From: Candidatus Anstonellales archaeon
Lineage (GTDB): Archaea; Micrarchaeota; Micrarchaeia; Anstonellales; J096
NCBI GenBank assembly: GCA_038890615.1
Contig: JAWAFI010000001.1
Coordinates: forward strand, 66,611 to 130,610
Length of the DNA stretch: 64,000 bases
Reading direction: 5' to 3'
Part shown: one piece after another, positions 57,708 through 64,000 of the stretch
Layout of the letters: every line of letters starts with the position of its first letter
Position numbering within the stretch: position 1 is the stretch's first letter
Made by a program: the position numbers and the translations under genes
Notes under the pieces: model-generated
What the model saw: the letters and a program-made list of their open reading frames with translations, nothing else
The model's database searches: none
Told to the model about the DNA's origin: nothing

Positions 57708-58132
57708 TTGCCCTCACCAATTATAAGCTTGTTCTCCTGTGCATAGTGCAAAAGCGCCTTCTTGCCCTTGAAAGCATTGCCCTTTGCCTTTAGGAAAAGC
57801 AGGTTCTTTGCCTTCCTGTCTATTTTCCCTTCCTTGAAAAGCTTTGCTATGAAAGCCCTTTGGGAACGTATCTTCGCCATCCACTTTGCCTTCCTTCCGC
57901 TCCTCGTGTGCTTTGCGCCCTTCCTGCTTCCTGCCCTTTTCCTGCGAACTCTTCTTTCAGTGCGCTTTGGATGCACAGGCAGGGCATAAACTAATTTTTC
58001 TTTTATAAGGCCCCTTACATCCTCCCTTGTAAGGGCGTGCTCAGCCCTTTCCAAGCCCTCTGGCTTGATCCTTATGCGGTTAACGCCAACGCCGAGCATG
58101 TCAGCAGCTATCCTCTTTGTAGTGCTTATCAT
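57704..58132 (-). CDS. rpl19e: 50S ribosomal protein eL19
   Basis: KRIAA..LGVG.NRI, TREDVR.LI, GSRKG, WM.KIR.QR. Confidence 0.94.
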   Translation of the reverse strand: MISTTKRIAADMLGVGVNRIRIKPEGLERAEHALTREDVRGLIKEKLVYALPVHPKRTERRVRRKRAGSRKGAKHTRSGRKAKWMAKIRSQRAFIAKLFKEGKIDRKAKNLLFLKAKGNAFKGKKALLHYAQENKLIIGEGK

Positions 58133-58136
58133 ACAA

Positions 58137-58472
58137 TCACCAGTTCAGCACCCTAAGGCCCATGCTTGAGGCCTTCTCTGCAATCTCTTTTTTCTTCCTT
58201 CTGCTCAGGCCTGCAGAAAGGCGAACTGCCACTCCTTTGAGCCCCTCCAACTCAGAGGTATTTCGTATGAGCACCTCCCTAATGCCAGAAGGATGGATGC
58301 TCCTTTCGTTTGGAGAGTTTTTATAGCCAACTCTAGGGGATGCCCCCCTGTCTTTCCTCCTTATGCGCTTCTTGTTGTCAGAGCCCCTTGGCCTCCTCCA
58401 AGAGCCCCTGTTTGCTATCCTTGGCCACCTATTCTCGTTTTGAACATTGAACTTTGGTTTTCTCTTCTTCAT
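58137..58472 (-). CDS. rpl32e: 50S ribosomal protein eL32
   Basis: KPKF, WRRPRGSDNK, GY, HPSG, VLN. Confidence 0.94.
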   Translation of the reverse strand: MKKRKPKFNVQNENRWPRIANRGSWRRPRGSDNKKRIRRKDRGASPRVGYKNSPNERSIHPSGIREVLIRNTSELEGLKGVAVRLSAGLSRRKKKEIAEKASSMGLRVLNW

Positions 58473-58966
58473 GCTTCCACCGAATAGAATCCATCCTGGA
58501 AGACCCGTGGGTCCCTGTTCTTTATCCTTGTTGCCTTCCTTATGTTCTGCACTGTTTGGCTCACCCCTTCCTTGTCAGGGCCAAAAATGTGCAGGCTCTT
58601 GCCCTTCACCTCTACTTTTGTGTCCCCTGTAATATGCGCCTTCCTTGAAACCTTCTCGCCAAGGAAGTTCTTTATTATTATATCCTTGCCCTTTACTTCT
58701 AATGTAATTGGGAAGTGGGCATGCAGGAACTCTAGATTTACCTCATAGCCGTCCTTTACCCCTTTCACCATGTTCCTTATATGGGAAAGCGCAGTGCCTT
58801 TCATTGCCTTGTCGCTGCTTTCCACTATCACCCTTGCTCCTTCATGCTTAAGGGTTACCTTTTTGAAGGAGCGGGCTATCTTGCCCTTTGGGCCTTTTAC
58901 CTCTATTGAGCTGCCGCTTATGGAAACAGAAACGCCCTCTGGTATTTCAACATAATTCAGCTTCAT
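58469..58966 (-). CDS. rpl6: 50S ribosomal protein uL6
   Basis: IPEGV, VKGPKG, HFPI, NFLGEK, DPRVFQDG. Confidence 0.95.
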   Translation of the reverse strand: MKLNYVEIPEGVSVSISGSSIEVKGPKGKIARSFKKVTLKHEGARVIVESSDKAMKGTALSHIRNMVKGVKDGYEVNLEFLHAHFPITLEVKGKDIIIKNFLGEKVSRKAHITGDTKVEVKGKSLHIFGPDKEGVSQTVQNIRKATRIKNRDPRVFQDGFYSVEA

Positions 58967-58975
58967 TTGAATCCC

Positions 58976-59362
58976 TCAATAGATGTAGCCAAGGAGCCTT
59001 CCGCCGATCCTCCTTTCAAACGCCTCCCTGTTGCTCATCACTCCTGCAGAAGTTGTCACTATAAGTATCCCTGTGTTGTAGCCCAATAAGTACTGTTGCT
59101 CCTTTTCAGGCCACTCTTCAGCTGACACAGGAGCCCTTGGCTTTATTACCCCGCACATGTTTATAGTGCCTGCAAGCTGTACTTTAAGGAATTTTTTCCC
59201 GTTTTCTTCCACTTCAGAGAAACCTTTCACATAGTTGTAGCGCTCCATTACCTTAAGGACCTCTTTTGCAAGCTTTGTGGAGCGCACCTTCACTTCCTTT
59301 ATCCCCTTGTGCTCAGCAACCTTGATGGTGTTAAGCATGTCTGCAAGCGTGTCCGTAAGCAT
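58976..59362 (-). CDS. rps8: 30S ribosomal protein uS8
   Basis: D.LAD.L..I, CGVIKPR, TTS.GVM, GGRLLGYIY. Confidence 0.95.
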   Translation of the reverse strand: MLTDTLADMLNTIKVAEHKGIKEVKVRSTKLAKEVLKVMERYNYVKGFSEVEENGKKFLKVQLAGTINMCGVIKPRAPVSAEEWPEKEQQYLLGYNTGILIVTTSAGVMSNREAFERRIGGRLLGYIY

Positions 59363-59363
59363 A

Positions 59364-59516
59364 TTATCCTCCTCCGAATTTGCGGAAACCGAGCTTTACA
59401 GCCCTTTCCCTGAAGCATTTTCTGCAAAGGTTTAGGTTGTATTTTCTTATAAGCCCCCTTGATGAGCCGCACATCTTGCATCTCCTTTCCCCTCTCTTCT
59501 TCCTCATCTCTTTCAT
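59364..59516 (-). CDS. rps14: 30S ribosomal protein uS14 (not in the ORF track; 50 aa)
   Basis: Manual translation [50 protein letters not shown]; two CxxC motifs; lies between rpl5 and rps8. Confidence 0.94.
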   Translation of the reverse strand: MKEMRKKRGERRCKMCGSSRGLIRKYNLNLCRKCFRERAVKLGFRKFGGG

Positions 59517-60022
59517 GCAACTGTCACCCCGAATTTTTCCTGAAGGAAGGCAGCTGTTTCTTCTTTTGTTATTGCCTGGGCCTTGCCGAGCTTAGCCCTG
59601 TTGAATCTCCTGTGGGCAACCCTGGCCCCCTTCCTTTCTATAGTAACGCAGACATCAAGCCCCATTACCCCTATCCTTGGGTCGTACTTTATGCCTGGCA
59701 GGTCTATGTACTGCTTAACCCCTATGGATATGTTGCCCCTGTTGTCTATTGAGCTTAGCTTAACCTTGTTTTTCATTGAGGCAAAAACCCTCCTTAGAAA
59801 CTCCTCTGCCTTCTTGCCCCTTAGCGTCACTTTTGCCCCTATTGGCAGCCCAACCCTTAGCTTGAAAACAGGGTTCCTCTCCCTTGCCTTTGTCTCCACT
59901 GGCTTCATGCCTGTGAGCCTCTCAAGCAACAGCTTTGCATTGTCTAATTTTTCTCCTGTCTGGCCAACACCTATGTTGAGCGTAACTTTTGATATGTAAG
60001 GGTTTCTCATTGGGTTCATCAT
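59513..60022 (-). CDS. rpl5: 50S ribosomal protein uL5
   Basis: [35 protein letters not shown]. Confidence 0.96.
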   Translation of the reverse strand: MMNPMRNPYISKVTLNIGVGQTGEKLDNAKLLLERLTGMKPVETKARERNPVFKLRVGLPIGAKVTLRGKKAEEFLRRVFASMKNKVKLSSIDNRGNISIGVKQYIDLPGIKYDPRIGVMGLDVCVTIERKGARVAHRRFNRAKLGKAQAITKEETAAFLQEKFGVTVA

Positions 60023-60699
60023 ACCACCATCACATATTCAGCCCTTGTAATGAGCTCCTGCCCATTGCTTTCCAGCACTGCCTCCTTTGTATGCCCGTGC
60101 CTGGTTATTGCCTTAAGCTTTGCCTTCACTCCTGCGTGCTTGCCTGCTGTTATGAGCACATCAACCCCCTCCTTCAGGTTGAGCACCCCCTTGAGCTTGC
60201 CTGACTTTAGATCAAGAACTATTGTGTCCCCAACAGAGATTGCCTTGTCTCCTTTGAGCACCCTCCCATCATGGCAGCACACAGTTATCTCGCCTTTCTT
60301 CCCCCTGTACTTGCGGATCACTTTCAGCTTCTTGAGCGCATAATCGTCCTTGTCAATAGGCTCTGGCACCAAAGCCCCTTTCTCAATCAGCATCCTGTAA
60401 TATTTTTCCTCATCCTTCAAATAAATGCCTGCCATAAGCCCTATTGGAAAGTGGACGTCATTTATTTTTTTACCATCAACGAACACCTTGCCTGAGTTAA
60501 GTATCTTCTTTGCTTCGGATAAAGTGGCAGCATAGCCAAGCAGATCCCTTAGCAGCGATCCAGCAGGCACTGCCTGCCTAAGAGGGGCAGGGCCTGGGTG
60601 CGCCTTAATGTAAAAAACCCTGTGCTTCTTGTCTGAAAGCGCTACTGCGCTTGGAGAAGCAATCCTTTTCAAATGCCTTTTCGCTCCTTTTTTTGCCAT
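60019..60699 (-). CDS. rps4e: 30S ribosomal protein eS4
   Basis: HLKR, LLRDLLGYA, VDGK...D..FPIGLM, HDGR, GKHAG. Confidence 0.94.
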   Translation of the reverse strand: MAKKGAKRHLKRIASPSAVALSDKKHRVFYIKAHPGPAPLRQAVPAGSLLRDLLGYAATLSEAKKILNSGKVFVDGKKINDVHFPIGLMAGIYLKDEEKYYRMLIEKGALVPEPIDKDDYALKKLKVIRKYRGKKGEITVCCHDGRVLKGDKAISVGDTIVLDLKSGKLKGVLNLKEGVDVLITAGKHAGVKAKLKAITRHGHTKEAVLESNGQELITRAEYVMVV

Positions 60700-60703
60700 T
60701 TTT

Positions 60704-60991
60704 TCACCTTGAGAGCCTGCGCTTCCTTTCGTCGCTCATCACGAGCTCAGTGAGGAGCAGGTTTGAAGCATCAAACGGCACAAGAACCTCTTTGCCCCTT
60801 GCATTCTTCACAGTAATGCCTTCTATATATACCTTACCTGCCTTTGAGTTTACTTTTGCAACAGTGCCTTCCTTGCCTTTGTATTCCCCTCGCATCACCT
60901 TAACCCTGTCCCCCTTCCTAACAGATATGGATCTTTTCCTTGCGCCGAGCTTTTTCCTAAGCGCTTTTGAGATGTGTGATGAAGGCATCAT
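60704..60991 (-). CDS. rpl24: 50S ribosomal protein uL24 (N-terminally short)
   Basis: VRKGDRVKVMRG KOW motif, SNL...L...D.R. Confidence 0.92.
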   Translation of the reverse strand: MMPSSHISKALRKKLGARKRSISVRKGDRVKVMRGEYKGKEGTVAKVNSKAGKVYIEGITVKNARGKEVLVPFDASNLLLTELVMSDERKRRLSR

Positions 60992-61386
60992 ACCAGCCCC
61001 GTTGAGATTGCCGCAACCTTTGGATAGCGGTCTGCCACTTCCCTTGCCACTACTCCTTTTATTTCAGTGCCTACCGGAAGCCCTTCATCGTTTACAAGGA
61101 CTGCTGCATTGTCCTCAAAAGCAACATGCATGCCATCGCTTCTCCTCCACTCCTTCTTTGCGCGCACTATCACTGCCTTTACTATCTTCCCTTTCATTTC
61201 AGGCTTCCCTGATTTTACAGAAGCGATCACCATGTCTGCAACCCCTGCAGTTGGGTATCTAGACCTTCTTCCCTTGTAGCCAACAACGCCGATTATGCCT
61301 ATTGAGCGAGCCCCGCTGTTGTCTGCGCAAGGTATGACAGAGCCCAAGGTTAAGGTCTTTGTAAGGTATGAGCTAAGCGGCTTCAT
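60988..61386 (-). CDS. rpl14: 50S ribosomal protein uL14
   Basis: CADNSGA, AVIVR, FEDNAAVL, G.EIKG.VA.E. Confidence 0.96.
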   Translation of the reverse strand: MKPLSSYLTKTLTLGSVIPCADNSGARSIGIIGVVGYKGRRSRYPTAGVADMVIASVKSGKPEMKGKIVKAVIVRAKKEWRRSDGMHVAFEDNAAVLVNDEGLPVGTEIKGVVAREVADRYPKVAAISTGLV

Positions 61387-61675
61387 CCTTACCACCTACC
61401 ACTTCCAAAACCGTCCACGCCTTTGTTGCACTTATCTTTCTCGTTTCCCCTATGCGCACCTTCTGGCCAACCTCTGCTGAGATGCAATCTGGGTTATGAG
61501 CGGCTATCTTTGACTTTGCCCTTGCTGCTTTCTTGAACTTGGCTATCCAATAAGTCCTTGGCACCTCCACTATAGCAGTCCTCTTTGGGCTAGTGCTCAT
61601 TACTCTGCCCTCTAGTATACGGCCCCTAACCCTTAGGGTGCCGTGCTTGTAGCAGTGTTTATCCTTGCACTCCAT
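61373..61675 (-). CDS. rps17: 30S ribosomal protein uS17
   Basis: C.DKHC..HG.L.VRG, AHNPDC, GETRKIS.TK. Confidence 0.94.
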   Translation of the reverse strand: MECKDKHCYKHGTLRVRGRILEGRVMSTSPKRTAIVEVPRTYWIAKFKKAARAKSKIAAHNPDCISAEVGQKVRIGETRKISATKAWTVLEVVGGKDEAA

Positions 61676-61679
61676 AAAA

Positions 61680-61949
61680 TCACACTCTAAACCTTCTTTT
61701 CAGCTTTTTTATTCTGTCAGTAGGTTTATATTTTATAAAAGTACCATTTATAATGCTTTCCTTTCCTTCTACTTCCAGTGAGAATATTGAGCCTTTTTTC
61801 GGCACAACTGCCCTCTTGCCGTCTTCCTTCTCAATGGTGAAGGTTTCCCTTGTCTCATCCACTATGGTGCCTGAAATCCCAACATGAGCCCTTGAGAATG
61901 CTGAAACAACCCTTGCCTTCATGCCTATGAATTCAGAGAGCTCAAGCAT
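61680..61949 (-). CDS. rnp1: Ribonuclease P protein component 1 (Rpp29/Pop4)
   Basis: EFIG...V, GISGTIVDETRETF, VPK, I.G......P.DR; canonical position. Confidence 0.9.
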   Translation of the reverse strand: MLELSEFIGMKARVVSAFSRAHVGISGTIVDETRETFTIEKEDGKRAVVPKKGSIFSLEVEGKESIINGTFIKYKPTDRIKKLKRRFRV

Positions 61950-61951
61950 GG

Positions 61952-62236
61952 CTACTCTATGCTTTCCTTGCTGTAGCCATTCTTAACGAGCCACTCCTTT
62001 ACCTTCTCAGCGTGGTTTCCTTGGAGGATTATGCTATTGTCCTTTATTGTACCGCCGCAGGCAAGGTAGTGCTTTAGCTCCTTCATCACCTGCTTAACGC
62101 TGTTCTTCTCAATGCCTTCAACCAGAGTAACGAGCTTTCCGAATTTCGCACGGGAAGTAGAAACCTTGATGCGCCTTGTTTCCTCCTTCTCAAGCGCATC
62201 CCACACGCCCAAATCCTTGAACAGATCCTCCTGCAC
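61952..62236 (-). CDS. sui1: Translation initiation factor aIF1 (SUI1)
   Basis: GK.VT.VEGI, LK..LACGGT.K, I.LQGNH; GTG start preceded by GGAGGT. Confidence 0.93.
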   Translation of the reverse strand: MQEDLFKDLGVWDALEKEETRRIKVSTSRAKFGKLVTLVEGIEKNSVKQVMKELKHYLACGGTIKDNSIILQGNHAEKVKEWLVKNGYSKESIE

Positions 62237-62300
62237 TTTTTATTTACCTCCTTTTGGTTTTCACTACTATACGAATGCCAATGCTTTTTAATCCTTGCGG

Positions 62301-63977
62301 TTAGTTAGCTAAGGGTTGGTTTGTCTGTTGTTGATTTTGTTGATTGTTGGTCTCGCCTTGTTGTGTTTTTGTTTGCTGATCTGCAAGATTGAGCAAAAAT
62401 GCAGGAAGGTTCAGCTTTGATAACAAATTATTCTTACCTCCTTCTTGGTTTGTTTGTGGTTGTGATGAAAGACTTTTGAGATAATCTAACTCCTCTTTTG
62501 TTAGGTTGACATTATCGGCAATTTTGTCGACACTTATGGCTACTTTTATGTAGGCATCCTTCCTAAGGAAGCCGGCCCTTTCAAGCCTTAGGCTGAATAC
62601 AAGCTGGTTCTTTTCTTTATCGTAGGTTGTGCTTAAAAGCTCCACATCCTTTACATTGGAGAACCACTTGTTAGGATCGTTAATGCCTTTTTTGTCTATT
62701 TGGGATATGGTGATTCCTTCTTGTTTATTTTTATATAATTTCTCTAATGATTCAGTAATTTTTTCTTTATTAGTATTATTTTTTTCAGTACCTAGTGATT
62801 CTTTAGTCTTTTTTTCTATCTCATTTAATAAGGAATTATTATTATTGAGTGTTTTTATTAGGAGGTCTTTTACTTGTTCTTTTGTAATTTTTACCTCGTT
62901 AGGTTTTGGTGGTTCTGAAGTTTTTGGTTCTTCTGCTTGTGCAATCAACTTATCAATTTTTTCTTCATCAGGTCTAAGAGAAAACTTTTTTTGCCCTTCT
63001 GTGAAATCAAACCCAAACCTGAATTTTCTTTCTTCCTCTCCTCCTTTTTCCTCTTTTTTTGGCTCCTCTGCAAGCAAAGGAAACTTTTCCTTTGCTTCAT
63101 CAAGCAGCTTTTTCATTCTAGGATTTTTTTCCACCTCTTTTTCAAGGAAAGCAATAAGAGTAAGATTATTATCATTTGCACGTTTATCAAGGAACTTTAT
63201 TAGCATATTGTGGCCCACTTGTCCTTCCCCCCACACTGTAAAGAGGAGGTTGAGCTCTGCCTGGGTCTGTTCTTTGGTAGCTTCAGCTCCAAAGTAATCT
63301 TGGAACGCTGACTTTTGATCTTCAGTTAGTTGTAGTCTTTTTTTGTTATCCTCCATACCATAGAAGTAGTTGCCCTGTCCGCTTGTAACAACGCTTACAA
63401 GCAGCTCTGACCTTGTCATGCCTCCGCGGTATTTTGTTTTAGTTACGTGCTCGTAGTTGCTTTCAATGCTAAACTTGGAAGTTTTGGGGATTAGTTTAGA
63501 TTTATCGGCGTCAGTGGGAGTTGTTGGCTGCTGGATGGATATGTCCTTAGTATCCTCATTTGGCGATTTAGTGCTTGTGGTCTCAGTTTGAGAAGGTTCA
63601 ACAGCAGCAGTGGCTTGTGGATTGCTGTCTTTAATTAAGTACTTGTCTTCTATCTCTTCTATAATACCATCTACATTTATATCTTTACTCTCCTTGTTAG
63701 ATGCATTTATTATCATTCCTTTGAGATCTTCCTTTTTGTCTTCGATGAAAATGGTTGAATTATCTATCTTCTTCAATATATTATCCTTTACGTTCTCTAC
63801 TTTAGCAGAAGCATTTTTAACAGCTTCATTATTCAATGGTTCTATATTCTGTTGAGCAGCAGCTTCATATTTTTTTTCAAAGTCAGCTTTTTTGGACTTG
63901 AGATAGGTCAAATCTTGCCCCAATATGTCAATTGTGTCATATTTATCATTTTTAGCTGATTTATCTCCCTCTCCCAT
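62301..63977 (-). CDS. Large AT-rich hypothetical protein (Lys/Glu/Asn/Gln-rich, low complexity)
   Basis: 558-aa ORF with GAGGG SD-like site; no recognisable motif, signal peptide or TM segment. Confidence 0.7.
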   Translation of the reverse strand: MGEGDKSAKNDKYDTIDILGQDLTYLKSKKADFEKKYEAAAQQNIEPLNNEAVKNASAKVENVKDNILKKIDNSTIFIEDKKEDLKGMIINASNKESKDINVDGIIEEIEDKYLIKDSNPQATAAVEPSQTETTSTKSPNEDTKDISIQQPTTPTDADKSKLIPKTSKFSIESNYEHVTKTKYRGGMTRSELLVSVVTSGQGNYFYGMEDNKKRLQLTEDQKSAFQDYFGAEATKEQTQAELNLLFTVWGEGQVGHNMLIKFLDKRANDNNLTLIAFLEKEVEKNPRMKKLLDEAKEKFPLLAEEPKKEEKGGEEERKFRFGFDFTEGQKKFSLRPDEEKIDKLIAQAEEPKTSEPPKPNEVKITKEQVKDLLIKTLNNNNSLLNEIEKKTKESLGTEKNNTNKEKITESLEKLYKNKQEGITISQIDKKGINDPNKWFSNVKDVELLSTTYDKEKNQLVFSLRLERAGFLRKDAYIKVAISVDKIADNVNLTKEELDYLKSLSSQPQTNQEGGKNNLLSKLNLPAFLLNLADQQTKTQQGETNNQQNQQQTNQPLAN

Positions 63978-64000
63978 AGTATCCCTCTATATATTTATTA

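Noticed and set aside
59299..59520. 73-aa minus-strand ORF from the track
   Set aside because: Wrong frame; the real gene here is uS14 at 59364-59516.

Overview
Gene-dense, mostly housekeeping segment of an archaeal chromosome. Archaeal markers include GatD/GatE, Lon-B, CarS, HerA/NurA, Cbf5, Rpp29, aIF1 and the eL14/eL19/eL32/eL34/eS4 proteins. The tight packing, shortened ribosomal proteins and leaderless promoters suggest a DPANN lineage, probably Micrarchaeota (inference, not tested). The window contains a split class II ribonucleotide reductase, lipid, tRNA and DNA-repair genes, SMC, two tRNAs (Gly-TCC, Arg-TCT), a PadR/MacB-type ABC/S-layer-domain operon facing a 1402-aa surface protein, and the spc-type ribosomal cluster from sui1 to cbf5. 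Two small ribosomal genes missing from the ORF track (eL14, uS14) were read directly from the sequence. The accessory content is the most interesting part: (i) three ankyrin-repeat genes that share an unannotated N-terminal leader and carry nucleotide-identical repeat-framework blocks; (ii) a tandem pair of atypical PHP-fold proteins, one broken at an A7 tract, sharing a 110-bp near-identical block; (iii) an internally deleted CAX antiporter; (iv) an Oxa1-family insertase with an inserted extracellular domain; (v) an AT-rich orphan at the point where the ribosomal super-operon is broken. No integrase, transposase, reverse transcriptase, CRISPR array or rRNA was seen. All calls come from motif recognition by eye; no database searches were run.
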